NCBI RefSeq assembly: GCF_964204865.1
Contig: NC_135259.1
Span: 16,244,001-16,308,000 of the forward strand
Length of the DNA stretch: 64,000 nucleotides
Reading direction: 5' to 3'
Source: Styela clava
Taxonomy: Eukaryota
The notes under the pieces are model-generated. The model was given only the letters and a program-made list of their open reading frames with translations. It did no database searches and was not told the origin of the DNA. A program made the translations under genes and the position numbers. Each line of letters begins with the position of its first letter. Position 1 is the stretch's first letter. This document shows, one piece after another, positions 1 through 12,639 of the stretch.

Positions 1-297
1 AGTGGGTCGAAAATAGGAAGGTTGATGTAATTAGGGCAGTGGGTCGAGGATAAGAAGGCCGGAGGGCGATCTTTTCGAACTAATATATATATATATAATT
101 CGAACTAATATATAAGTAAGATAAATTACCGCAACACGATTATATATTTGAATATAATGTACATCAACTTATCACAAATGTAGATTACGTTGTAACGCGG
201 CTAAATGAAGACTTTACAACACTATTTTTACAAGAAAGTTCATACCGTAGATGAAGTACGTAAATAAAGTGCACCCTCAGAATCCGTTGCTTAAGTC

Positions 298-1431
298 CAG
301 GGGCGTGCCAAATTTTCTGCTGCCCGGTGCGAGTTTCTGATAGTGCTGCCCTTTATCCCTAAAATATTTCGGGGGTTAAGCAGAATATAGATGTCGTTAT
401 GCATGAAAATAAATAAATTAAAAGTCAAGTAAGAGTGAAATGTTTGTATTAATCATTAAACTAAACAACACGTTTACAATTGAACTCATGTATTAACAAA
501 AAGCAAGTCACTTATTTCTATGTCAAATCGCAACTTAGGTGTTAACAATTGTGTGAACGACAGCCTCTTTTACCTCGTTCGTCAGGTATTTCTTTTCGGT
601 GATAATCGAAGATAAATGGACAGGCGCTAATTTGACATCGAATACCTCAAATATGTTTTTATCTGTTTCCACTTGGAGAAAGATCGTTCGCAACTAGCAA
701 TTGAGTATTCGATTGTAAATGATAAACAATATGTAATGCAAAAAGTTGAAAAACTTCCCAGCTAAGCTCAATCAAATAAGCAAATAAAATCTTTAGCATT
801 TTTTTAGAAAATCTCTGTTTCCACTTCGGAAAAGCAACTTAACAGTATACGATTTTCCAGCCAAACTGACAGATTGTCTGGCATGGTTGTAAACATGACC
901 TCGTTTTTCCGTGCAATTTGTTAGTTTTTGTTTGTGTTTCGGAAATTTCAGTACGAATGAAATATAACTTAAATATTCTGTCTTGTTATATTTAATTACA
1001 GTAATCAAAAGTTAACTAACAGTTGAGGTTGCGTGAAACTTAACTACCTTTTCTTGCTCTATATGCCTTTGCGCAGGTGGATCCGTAACAGGGTTGCCTA
1101 GTTGGAAGTGAAATGATTTTTTGAGACATATATATATAACAGTTCAAGGCGTAAACTAGCGAAACCACCCTTTAAATGAGCACCAAAAATGTTGCAATTA
1201 AAAAATCTAGGTAGAGACGGCCGGGGAAACATCCATTGTTGACTCATTATTACCACAGTCAGTCGCACAATACTAAACACATAATATCAGTTTTCGATTA
1301 ATAAAACCACAAAAAAATATGCATATGTGTAATAACGCAGACTCAACATCTTGGTTCTGCTGCCCCCTACAACGTGCTGCCCGGGGCGACCGCCCCTCTC
1401 CCCCCCCCCCCCCCCTCTAGGCACGCCACTG
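298..1431. mobile_element. Non-autonomous hAT DNA transposon with a decayed transposase C-terminal (dimerisation domain) remnant
   Basis: Terminal inverted repeats CAGGGGCGTGCC (298) / GGCACGCCACTG (ends 1431). The minus strand at about 620-720 reads SIASCERSFSKWKQIKN, like the hAT dimerisation motif (ASCERSFSKLKLIK). No intact TSD seen. Confidence 0.7.
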
Positions 1432-1899
1432 TCTATTATATCTTTGATGAATCAAAATTCAACTAGAATTTGTTGACTTGTGAAATAAACTTCCCTTAAA
1501 TTCATTGAGACTCCCAAATGATTCTTATGATGTTGTATAAATTAATAAATATTGACATATCTGGATTCAGTTTCAGAAATTCATATGGACTCTCCAATAT
1601 TTCCGTGTATAGAAAAACACTGGGAAAATAATTAAATATACATTCGCACCCTTGGTCTTCGGCCATGTCATTATAAGAGCTGCAAAACAACTAAAAATAA
1701 ATCAATTACGATAAAGTGATTAAATGTGAATCATTTCTTCAATGGAATAACAAATTATATACAAAATTGTTATACAAAAATTAACGAAGTAAATCCTAGT
1801 ATATTTGTTGAAATTACCCAACCCTGAATCTTACACCAAGCGAGACATGAAACATATTCGTTCACTTGTGTTGGATATTTGGCACCGTTTTGTAGCGGT

Positions 1900-2150
1900 G
1901 AGAGACTCGATGTTTGGCCTTATTTTGCGTTGGTTTGCTTTCAACATACACTCTTTAATAAAGCTTCCCTCAACGAAAGAACGCGACGATTTCGCAATCA
2001 TCTCACTTATGGCAAAGCTTGCTTTCATCGAATCTTCACAGGTTTTGTTTATGTTCGAGAAAAATTTCTCTGTTTCATCAGTGAAAATTTTATTTGCGAT
2101 ACCTTTTCGTGACGAATTGTTTCAGTATAAACTTGGTATTTTCCCTGTGA
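1900..2150 (-). pseudogene. Fragment of a Buster/Charlie/SPIN-type (GTF2IRD2-like) hAT transposase, frameshifted
   Basis: YHREKYQVYTETIRHEKVSQIKFSLMKQRNFF, then a frameshift, then MKASFAISEMIAKSSRSFVEGSFIKECML. This resembles the ASYxVSxLIAKxxKPFTxGEFIKECM block of this family. Confidence 0.65.
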
Positions 2151-2789
2151 TATGATCCACAAGTTTATAACGAGAATATCGGTCGGAGACCGAAGACTTA
2201 TCGATCGAAACTGCGGTTTCGATTCATGACTCTATAGTGACACCGCGTGTCCCATCACTAATTAATTAATAACTCGCTAATTATAATAATTCATCCAAAA
2301 TCAATAGGCTTCTGGTCCGAGATATGATAAACGCACATGCAAAATTTGGAGCAGATTCAACCTCGCCTTCTTGAGATATCGCGTTCATCTAACGGACAAA
2401 CAAACAGACATACAGACAAATACCTATCAACATACATACGACGACATATACATATGACCCCTGCGTTAATGTTTTCAAAGGAGATTCAAATCTGCTACCA
2501 CTGCCAGGATCATCAGTATCCTAGGAAGTAGCATATTTTTGAGCTACTAGTTATGGCGATTGACTACCGTTTGTGATTTCAATCTACATTTAAATGTCAA
2601 TCATATAGGCATGTTTCGTTGACATACGCTCTAATCATCTCATTGGCATACTCGAGCCGTATAAAGCATGTGAGTATTCGTAATCGCAAGAAAACTTGTT
2701 TGCTGTGACAATTCGGGCGTGGGTAAAGCACGATTACTTTTGGAATTCTGTAGTTACGGGCTGGTTACAGTGGGGGAAAATGAGGGGAT

Positions 2790-3140
2790 GAAGCGGTGGG
2801 TCGAGCGAGGGCTTTGGTTTGAGCGACTGGTTGGGAAATTGATGGGTCGAGGTTAGACAGGTTGAGGGTGATAGGACAGTGTGGTCGAGGATAGGAAGGC
2901 TGAGTATGATAGGACAGTGGGTTGAGAATAATAGCTGAGTGGGACGGGAGGATGGAGCGTGCCGAGGATAGGAAACTTGGGAGACAGGGCTGTGGGCAAA
3001 GAATGGGAAGGTTGGGAAGATAGGGCAGTGGATCATGGATAGGAAAGTTTGGGGATAGAGCATTGGGTCGGGTCGAAGATAGAAAGGTTGAGGGACATAT
3101 GGTAGTGGGTCGAGGACAGGAAGGTTTAGGGAGATGGGGC
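2790..3140 (+). repeat. Purine-rich degenerate minisatellite (unit like GGACAGTGGGTCGAGGATAGGAAGG); related copies at 1-65
   Basis: About 10 imperfect GGGTCGAGGATAGGAAGG-like units. The Pro/Ser-rich minus-strand ORFs 2734-3160 are by-products. Confidence 0.75.
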
Positions 3141-3668
3141 AGTGTGTTGTGTATTTGCATTATACCTTATTGTTTCCGCACTTGTTGGACACGTTTAGTG
3201 GACATAACGATCGTTTCAAAATTTTGTTGTTATTGTTATTTGTCTCCATCATTTAAAAAAAATCGCTTCTCTCTTCGAATACTGGACCAATTGCTTGGAA
3301 ATTTTCAGTGGTTGAAGATAAAAATTTTCTCCAGAAGGCTATTACTTTTTTTTCGCTATGACGTCATCAAAATTATTGCCATTGGGTGGCGCTACGTGTT
3401 CATATATTTGAGCATAGCTCTCTTGTTAGATTTGTGATTATGATGCCATAATTCCTTTGGAGCGTCTAGCTGTGTTTTACTTACGTCTTTCTTCATTGTA
3501 CAATAAACTGTAATATTTCTGTTTACTGATGATTTATTTAGTAATACCCAAGAAATCACATGTTTGGTCAATAACGGTAAAAAAAAAACAATGATGAGCT
3601 GCAGCTTACGGGGAATGAGAATGGTGGGCAATAATACATGATAGGAATTTCATGATAATGCTCTATGC

Positions 3669-4062
3669 CAGGGCTACTCAACTATTTTCACCAAAGGTCC
3701 GTCATTCCAAAAAAATTATCTTAACTATGCAAACAAAATTTCAAATGCATCACTTGAGTGAGAGTAGCTATACCATTCCGTAAATCGAGTTAATGATCTT
3801 CTAATTTCAAATTTTGAAAATACAACTAAAACCTGGCAAATACCATGCAAAGCCACAGAAACACACTAATGTTCAAGAGAGTCGATGATCTGAGAAACTT
3901 ATACTTCCATGAAAATTTTTACTCCAAAGGTTTAGCGAAAAATGCATTGCGATTATTAAATAAAAAGAAACGATGCATTCGAAGTCAAGAAGCAGCCGCG
4001 GAGTTTAAATAATACTCGAAAGGTCCGGACTCGGACCGCGGTCCGCCAGTTGAGTATCCCTG
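3669..4062. mobile_element. hAT-type MITE
   Basis: Ends CAGGGCTACTCAACT / AGTTGAGTATCCCTG with a perfect 8-bp TSD CTCTATGC (3661-3668, 4063-4070). Confidence 0.9.
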
Positions 4063-4352
4063 CTCTATGCAAACCATTTTCAGGCAGTAATTTCCATGAA
4101 TTCGTGAAATGCAAGCCTTCCTATTTGAGATCGAAGCTTTTTATTCAATGCATATATATCTTGGATATATAGCGATGGCTTCGAACCATATCCGCGCAGT
4201 TATTTTATTCTCTTTGTCGCAATAATTGAATACTATTGTCCATATACTTCATAAAACGAGTAAAATATCAATTCTGATTAAAACAAATTTGTCATTTCAA
4301 CAAAATTTCATTTAATTTGGCGATACAAGTGCTTTTTTGAAATTGTGTTATA

Positions 4353-4556
4353 TATACGGTGTCCATGGAGTCCAAAAAAAAATTAAAATTGCAAAGTGAA
4401 TTTATCGATATCATATATTGTTTTGGTTCTGTCAGATGTATTAAATGAAGTAAAAATACTTATACAATTACTGATTAAAAATCAACAAACCTGGTTAGGA
4501 TATGCTGAGAACTGACTTCATAACAAAATTGAAAAGAAATTTATGGACACCCTGTA
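4353..4556. mobile_element. Tc1/mariner-type MITE
   Basis: Left TATACGGTGTCCAT and right ATGGACACCCTGTA (CAGGGTGTCC-type TIR, TA flank). Confidence 0.55.
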
Positions 4557-5689
4557 CAATCGTTTTTAAAAGAATAATTTGAATAGTTTTATTTCATTTG
4601 CTGATGTCGCCATGCTTACATGTTTTCGTGTTTATATTTTTAAATACTTCTAATATTTATTAAAATCGATGTCGAATTTGAGCACTAATGGGGGGAGCTG
4701 ACTCTGATGAGTTTGACCGCATGATCGTATCGCTCTCCCCAGTCTATACCGAATAACTTAAATAACTGCGTATATTGTTGTATATTTTTTCTGGTTGACG
4801 AATAATAAATCTCTTTCTATCGAGGTCTACCGCATTTTAATGCCTTTGCTAAATGCCAGTCACGAGCAAGCGCAAACAACATAATCATGACACTGCAGCC
4901 ATTATGTCGAAATATATTTGCCCATTTTGATTACAAACATTAGTACTTTGAAATGTTTTCACATTCAGTTTCCTTCAAATAGGATTCTGAAATTCCAGTA
5001 ATAAATATTAATAGGTTAGTTAGGCGAATACATTAAAGTTTGAAAAGTTGAACTGATTTATACACCAAATGTAATTTATTACACAAAGATGAAATTGAGG
5101 GGTTTTGACAAGATTTTGCGTGTTTAGTACTTCTTATATCTTCATCTTGAGAGAAACTTCATTGAAACAAAATGATGTCTTCGTCAACTTTCAGAAAATA
5201 ATAAAAGTTAGAAAAGGAACAAACACAATTTCTTTGTGTCAAATTTTCTTCAAGTGTCATTTAATTGCTCAAAACTTAGTAGATGATACTACAAAAACTA
5301 TTGAAAGATGCATCATCGATTAAATATATTCCGGGACTTCCTCGTCCGTGTTTTTCGACGGAACAATAAGTTTTTCCGTAAGTGATACACGAACTTTATT
5401 TTAGTAAAGGTTGGTTAGACTAGATTCGATAGCATTGGAAAAAATGTGAAAAATATAAATTTGTCTGAGGTTACCTTGTTCGAATGTTTCTTCTTTTTCC
5501 AGGCTTCTCTTGCTTATCTTTAATCTCCACAAAACGACCCCTTCGTTCTGCCTGTATAATAAAAGATTGCAAACAGTTTGTACTGGAGTTTGACTTACTA
5601 GGAGACTTTAAATTGAACTCAAAAGAACGTCAATGAAAATAACAAGGTTTCGATTCTCAGATTCATAGACATGAAGTCGAAAGGCAAAA

Positions 5690-5990
5690 GAAGTAGTACG
5701 GATATGAAATATCTCACAGGAGTCTACCGGCACCGCAGCCTTCTCCACTTCGCCTGACCACCAGATAGAAGCGAACGCGGAACTGCCGCAATGTGCGCGA
5801 TTTTTGATGACGTCATCGCACACAAAAAACTAATCCCATGGAGCGCACAGAAATTTAAAAAAAATCTTTTAGCGAAAAATACAATCTTAACCACTGGAGG
5901 TTTCACTGCAATTAGTGTGATAGCTAATGAGAAAGCGATTTTTTTCATAACAAGAAGAAAAGAAAGAAAGTAATAACAGGATGATCAATA
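5690..5990. repeat. Dispersed repeat, second copy at about 18290-18540
   Basis: Shared blocks CTTCGCCTGACCACC, TTTTTGATGA(C/T)(G/A)TCATCGCACACAAAA and AGCGAAAAATACAAT at both loci. Confidence 0.7.
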
Positions 5991-6060
5991 ACAACTTAAT
6001 ATATAACAAAACCCTTGGGCTGTACTGGAGGAACCCGGGTTGCAAATCAATAGTCTAGAT

Positions 6061-6364
6061 CAGACATGGGTAAACTACGGCCCGCGGGCCAAATTCGGCC
6101 CGTTGGGTAATTCAATCTGGCCGGCCTGATGCTGCCACAACCAAACTAAAACCAAATTTTGCTGTTTTAGCAAAAATTAGCCAAAATTTGTTGGGATTGC
6201 GATCAAATTGTTTTCGCATGAGGCTTATCGTTTTCCGCTTTTGTTTTTGTAACACTGTGTATACTGTCCATAAAATGTAACTTTCCCTTCATACTTACAT
6301 GGCCTCGTCAGTGTAGATGGGCAAAAGTTTTGGCCCCCGGTCTAAAAACCTTGCCCACCCCCTT
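6061..6364. mobile_element. hAT-type MITE (same family as 38531-38810 and fragment 29946-30012)
   Basis: Starts CAGACATGGGTAAACTACGGCCCGCGGGCC, ends TTGCCCACCCCCTT. 8-bp TSD GTCTAGAT at 6053-6060 and 6365-6372. Confidence 0.85.
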
Positions 6365-7718
6365 GTCTAGATTCTAGAATTTATTTAGCTTTAAAATTTG
6401 GTGTTTATAGCTTTGTTTCACCAAGAATTATATATACTAACATAACTCACCTAGTTTTACTAACTATAGGTGGGAGGTTGTCCGGTAACTTTTTGTCTGG
6501 TGGTTTATTCGAAAAACATTTTCCATTGGAAGATATCACTATAAGCGTGATATAAATAATACAAATAGAATGAACCTCCCTACTAGCCATCATAAACTGT
6601 GCAGATACTTTGTATAAAAAAGGAATATTCAAAAAGGAAACTGAGTTTATTTTGGAAATAACTTTGTGTACAATCTTTGTGGAACAATCAAAGTGTGATG
6701 GATTCATATAAAAATGCTAAAATATGCGTACACGGACGGCGTATAACTACGTCAATATTTCAAAAGCTGTCAAAGCAGCGACTATTTGTAATGGACTATG
6801 AGTTTCATTCTATTGCACACACACCAAAAATGAATTTTTGTATTGCATTTTATTCTATAAACGCTTATAGATATGTATAAAATTAGCAAAAAAAGAGCAG
6901 TATACAAAACATATTGGTTTTGAGAAAACAAGTTTCGTTTCTAGATATAGGAAGTAACAAAAAGCACAGTCCTGATTGATAATAGCAACACGTAGAATCT
7001 CTCTCTCTCTTTCTGCCGCATTCGCTAGCAATTTCGTTACGCTACTATCTACGGTTATCGAAAACTGTGTAATTTAAACTCAAATATAATTTTATACTTA
7101 TTATTATATACTCAATTTTGAAACCCGAAACACTAAATTCAAGTAGGCCTATAGCTTCATCGTGCTCAAACTTTCGATATCATTCGAAGTTTTCGAAATT
7201 AATGCTACGCACATGTAATAGAAAATTATGAATGGTACGGAAGTAAACAGGAAATAAACTATCTGAATGGATGTATAAAGTGCATTGATACAAGCAGTAG
7301 AAACTTTCTTCGGTGACATACTTGGGATGGTTTCATTCATATTTAATAAGTGTTATATCATTAAAGTGATGATCGTCATTATCGATATTTTGAATACCAC
7401 GTCTTCTCAAATTAATGTCCAACCCAAATGAAATCACCACCCTCTATCCAGTCATACCAAGTTGAAGAATAAATATATCATTGAAAATATTGTTTTCCAT
7501 AGCTCGAAAGCCTTCATACATTATGAAATGGAATAGAATATTGCTTTTAAATTCCATCTTGCATGGACAGCGGCATAGACAGGGGGGTGTATGATTTCCT
7601 AACGCCTTGTCGGATATTATCACGCACGAGATAGTTATTGAATCTTATTCAAATGAAGGCCAATAAAAAAATTCAACTTTCATTTTTAATTTGCTTCCGG
7701 CGCTGCAGTGGGACGCAC

Positions 7719-7968
7719 GGGCGCGGCGGTGTGACTCATCGTGTGTTAAGCGTTGGGAATACGCTCGCCATTTATGATTACTCTGCGTGGGTTCGCAGGT
7801 TCGAATCCCATGCCAGGATGGTTATGTGCGAGAAGATTGCTGATTGCTCCTCGCCGACATGGAATGGTAACCGGGTGAGAGGCCGTGGTTCGCCACATGA
7901 TTAAGCCGTCTTATCGACTTTCCTTTCCCGTGGGATGAATATGTAAATCATATACTATCCCTATCCTA
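7719..7968 (+). mobile_element. tRNA-derived SINE
   Basis: A-box-like GGTGTGACTCATCGTG, B-box GGTTCGAATCC (7798-7808) and 3' tail GTAAATC...CTATCCCTATCC. Homologous copies at 57079-57340 (-), about 53270-53495, about 50990-51110 and split at 46567-47055. Confidence 0.8.
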
Positions 7969-8057
7969 AAATGAACCAGCAGTCACGTATTTTTTGTGTT
8001 TATTTCAGTCTCAAGCCTCATTCAACAAGGTTTGTGTTTCTTGTGAGTGTGTGCTGG

Positions 8058-8193
8058 TAATCAGTAGTTTATTTCTCACCATACTCAAAACAGGCACAAA
8101 CATACAAATTGCAATAAATTAAATTATAAATAGGCCATATTTCAGGTGGAGGAGACGCGAGAAACCAGTACCGGTTATCGAGCAGCGGCACCT
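8058..8193 (-). repeat. 3' end of a dispersed retroposon-like repeat (copies at 18970-19113 and about 32101-32160)
   Basis: Shared AGGTG(T/C)CGCTGCTCGATAACC...TCGCG(A/T)CTCC. The 18970 copy ends in AATAAACT(ACTGATT)n, typical of L2/CR1-clade 3' tails. Confidence 0.6.
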
Positions 8194-8689
8194 ATAAAAT
8201 AAGTCTAACACTATATTATACAGAAGAAAAAGTCGAACTAAGTTTAAATAAATTGAGAAAAAAATACATCGAGTCAATCGACTGATTATTACAGGTTGGC
8301 TCTAAGTTTTTAACGTTTTATTTGTCAATGGCGCCTTCCGCCCACTTGCATCCAGAACGCGATATGGTACGTCTCATGAACCCTGAAACGAATAAACATT
8401 TTTTTTTCTATAATTGTGGTTTTTCCGTGTGGGCTGTGTTTATAATGACCAAGAGTATATTTATTTATTTATTTAGCAAAATCGTGCTGCTAAAAAACAA
8501 GAAGTCTTAAAACGTGTTTCATTATAAAATTTAAGCTCAAAAAAGAATTTAATCGTACTTAGCAAATTGCGTCTAACATTTTTGTGTATAAATACAGTAA
8601 CGTATCCAGTCGCATGTGTATAAAATAAGAATATATACTTTGATATGATAACATCATGTAAGTATTGCAATAAAATATTGTATACATGT

Positions 8690-9200
8690 CAAAAACATGT
8701 ATGCGTAAATACCAAATGATAACAAAATACTTTTCATACAACGCAATAAAATAAATTTCCTAAATATCCGAAAAATCGTCAAATTGACCCAAAATTTGAA
8801 CAAGACCAACCTTTGAGGCTTGAAAAATATTTGGGATATGGATTGACATCTTTAACATGTTTTCAAACAAACAAAGAAATTGAAAAAAAAACTCGATCAG
8901 TTTTCTAACAAAATACTTTTATACAACGAAATAACGTAAATTTCTTAAAAATCCGAAGATCGTGAAATTGACCCAAAATATAAACAAGATCTGATTTTGT
9001 TTTATTTCTTTATTTGTTCAAAAACATGTTGAAGGTATCATTAATTCATACACAAAATATTTTTTGAGCCCCAAAAGCGGATCTTGTCCAAATTCTGGGT
9101 CAATTTAACAAAGTCGGATCTTGATCAAATTTGGTGTCAATTTAATAAATTTTCAATTTCTTTTGTAAATATTACGTTATTTTGTTGTAATAGATATATT
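8690..9200. repeat. Foldback-like element with internal direct and inverted repeats
   Basis: AAATACTTT..ATACAACG.AATAA...AAATTGACCCAAAAT occurs twice (about 8725 and 8911), with inverted counterparts at about 9020-9200. Confidence 0.6.
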
Positions 9201-10338
9201 TTGTTGAACCTCTCATTCGATCATAAATGCTGTGTGTTATCAGATGATAGATACATAATAATGTTCAATTTACAATTCTACATTTCCGTGACTATTAATT
9301 AGAATTTTAGAAATATGTTTTTATGACAGCGTATTATTTGCTGAAGGATTTTGCTGATATGACAGTGGCAATTAGAATTGCAGTGATCGGCGTGCCTTCG
9401 CAGTACAAGCAGTCCCATTGAAATTGTCAATTTTCCAAAATGGACTACTGAAGCCAAAGGTTTATCTTGCTTTACACTTGAGCAATTATTTGGCCAAACT
9501 TGTTCTTTCTTCGTCAGCGAGCAAAACAGCGTTTACCAGTTTACCAGAGAGTTTATACCATTAATATATCAGTATATTGATGGCAATGTCGCTTTTGCGA
9601 ACGACTGATTGCAGGATTGCCGTGATTTTCACATTTTACTGTTTTAGTATGAATTAATATCAATTTATTTTTTTGATTTTTATGGGTGTTTGTGTGAGAC
9701 TGTGAGGGATTGTGTGAGTCGAGGGCTTAGTACAGTAAAGCCATACGGTAACTGTGCAAATAACGCTAAACAAAAATGTGAATTGAAATTTTAATGTAGC
9801 CTAATTAAAAAATATCGTAGTCTATAATGCTGTATGTCGAAGAAAAAAATTCTTGAAGCACACGTTTAATTCAAATTAAACCTGCTCAATTTTCAACTAA
9901 GCTGGTACTGTATGTATGTCCTATGCCGTTTAGGGTATTGCAGTATTGTGTACGAGCATGAAGGACTTTTATTTTAAAAATAGAATGAAAATTTGGGTAG
10001 TTCTGTAGTTTCACATCACATTTTTGTTTAGTGGTATTTCAGTATTTAAGCAAGGATGTATAGGCTAGATTATTCTATATTCCTGTATTCCGACTTCCAG
10101 ATATTGCGTTTTTTATAGTTTATTTGTATTAATCTGAGCGAAGCATCTTGAATTTCCAACTGTCAGACTGTAGTGGCACTTGTTTCTTGACTGGTATTTA
10201 TGCTTTATTTTTGTTCTTTATTATTAGCTGTATTACTGCTGTACTGTTTCACAATACGGCACAGTTTTCCAATTGCAAGAATAGCCCTACATTGAAAAAC
10301 ATCAATCATAATAGTGGGTGTGAACCAATCCTTTACGA

Positions 10339-10706
10339 CAGGGGTGTGCAACCTTTTTTATTGGCGGGCCAAATACAAGTAACTGGGTGAAGCCGCGGGC
10401 GCACCTTTATTTAATTTAGGCTTTCTGGTAGTTGCAAGCACAAAAATTGCCTATATTTGCTATTGATCTTACGGCATTATTAGGGGTTCTTGCAGAAATA
10501 GTAGATTTAAAACGCATAAACTTCTGAAGAAACTGCTATTTAAATTTTTTGTCGCACCGACTTCAAACGAATGCAGTGAGAAACACGTTTTTGTAATATA
10601 AATCGTGTATTTTGAAACAGAATTTTGCTAGCTTGTTTTGCTAATATGACTGGTATGGGCTTTGGCCCGCGCATTCGGCCCGCGGGCCGCAGTTTGCACA
10701 CCCCTG
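10339..10706. mobile_element. hAT-type MITE
   Basis: TIR CAGGGGTGTGCAA / TTGCACACCCCTG with a perfect 8-bp TSD CTTTACGA. Confidence 0.9.
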
Positions 10707-11186
10707 CTTTACGAGACAGTCTGGGCGTCGATATCTGTTCCAGAAGGAAGTGCAATCTAAAGACATCACCATTGGATTCTTTAATCAGAACATAATATTG
10801 ATTTACTAAAAAAATTAGATTTCGATAGTTTTTAGCCAAAAATCGCAATTTTGGTCATGTGATGGACTGATGGCGGAGACATATCACGCTTGATTTAAAC
10901 CATCATTGAGACTAGTATGATGCTCTCTGATGCATATGCCATTTCAGGCGATCATAGCTATACTTTTGCAAGCTCTATGACAGGATTGCGACGTCGTAGT
11001 GACCTAATTTTTTGCATGGCGTAGTCAGGTGGGGGTTAGGATTGGCATGTGCAAAAATTGTTATGCTATGCCCACTGGAAGTACTTGAGGTACGAAACTA
11101 CTCGAGACCTGAATATTCTATAAAGTAAATTTAATATTTTTTTTATACACAGCTGAGACAAGTATTGTGTAACTATTGTGCTAAAA

Positions 11187-11897
11187 ATGGGTAAAATTCG
11201 AAGAAATAGAACGAAATTCCACTTGTCTACAAAAAATTCACAAATTGAAGAAAGCACAAATCAAGAAATCGGAGTACCCAAAGACTTGGATACTATCCAG
11301 CTTCCTCCTTTGTCACTAAATCCTTTCAGTGGTGGTCAGATTTCAACTAGTTCCTTTGATCAAAAGGAACATGAGGAAAAGAAAATTGATTTCACTTCAG
11401 ATGTAGCTTCTGTAAATGTTCAGGAAAAATCTGCTGCATCTAACATTCATCTGAATAAGAAAAAAAGAAGAAAATTAAAACGTCAAAAGTTTTTGGAAAA
11501 ATTAGAAGTGACGAGAGTCACAAAAGAAAGCAAAAAAGCAGCAAAGAAAAGATCAGATGTTCCTGTTGTTGGTGACTTGAAGCCAATGTCTCTCGCTTTG
11601 AGTGATATAACTAAAATTATCAGCTCTGTTGACGATAGTCAAACTGATGCAAAAATTGTTTCAACTAAGAAAAAAAGAAAACGAAAACCAAAATGGCTGA
11701 AAGAGAAATTGAAAGACACAGATCCATTAGAAGGATTTAAGACAATTAATGAAAAGGGAATAACGAAAATACAAAGTAAAAGAACTCAAAAACACATGGT
11801 TTATGAAATTCAAAGACTGCAAAAAGTTGTATCGGATAAAAAATTTAATGGTGTCAATTTGATTTTGACAGATGCGAACACAAAAAACGTGGTGTAA
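11187..11897 (+). CDS. SLX9: Ribosome biogenesis factor SLX9 homolog (FAM207A), single exon as read
   Basis: ATG at 11187 gives MGKIRRNRTKFH. The block KKKRRKLKRQKFLEKLE...VPVVGDLKPMSLAL and the C-terminal EIQRLQKVV match the SLX9/FAM207A pattern (VVVGDLHPLRDAL). The extreme C-terminus is uncertain. Confidence 0.8.
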   Translation: MGKIRRNRTKFHLSTKNSQIEESTNQEIGVPKDLDTIQLPPLSLNPFSGGQISTSSFDQKEHEEKKIDFTSDVASVNVQEKSAASNIHLNKKKRRKLKRQKFLEKLEVTRVTKESKKAAKKRSDVPVVGDLKPMSLALSDITKIISSVDDSQTDAKIVSTKKKRKRKPKWLKEKLKDTDPLEGFKTINEKGITKIQSKRTQKHMVYEIQRLQKVVSDKKFNGVNLILTDANTKNVV

Positions 11898-12639
11898 CGT
11901 TTCAGAATTTTTTTGACCCTTTTGCAACTATCCATCATTTCATCATGTAGTGTCACTGGAGAAGCCAGTGCTTGGGGTTGAACTGCCCTTATTAAATTTC
12001 AGGAAGACAGAAAAAGTGGCTAATGAGCATGCTGTGTGATGTAAATTGTAAAGATTTGATTCAGTAATAGAATCAATTAGGATGTTTCCGAAATGTAATT
12101 GGCCTTGACTGCTTAGGCAAGAAATAATTTACTAGTTAGTATTGAATTCAAATATTTAGATTGTTAAGTTCTTGTTGGTAAATCTGAATTTATAATCCAA
12201 TATTTTTTTTGAGAATTCTAGTTACATATATATGGTTATGAAAATAGAGCATTTCAGCAGAACTGGAAAGATATTGGATTATCTATTACGAACATAGAAC
12301 TTGTAAAATATGCAACAATGTAACCTGATATGCTAATACCTATAAAGGATACTCAACATGATTTCGGCAATCACTGGCCAGTTGCAGCTTATTCCATTAT
12401 TTCTGATTGTCTGGCAGAAATATCATTATCTAAAAATAATTCAATACTTGGGTTTATCTTAACTGAATGAGAGTTTATGCTGTTCTAGTGATTGAGACTT
12501 CATGCCAGCTTTTTTTCATATAAAATGATTTTTAAAATTTCATTCTTTCCCAATTTGGATTAATTGTATCGTGTCCATATTAATCAAATGGTAACTCTGC
12601 TTTCAGGTTTTATGCAATTATATTACACAGTACTTTATA

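Noticed and set aside
2734-3437. Pro/Ser-rich or Gly-rich ORFs as proteins
   Set aside because: They are translations of the minisatellite, with no family motif.
7719-7815. Functional tRNA gene
   Set aside because: It has A/B boxes but no convincing cloverleaf, continues into a shared body and tail, and recurs as diverged copies. It is a SINE.
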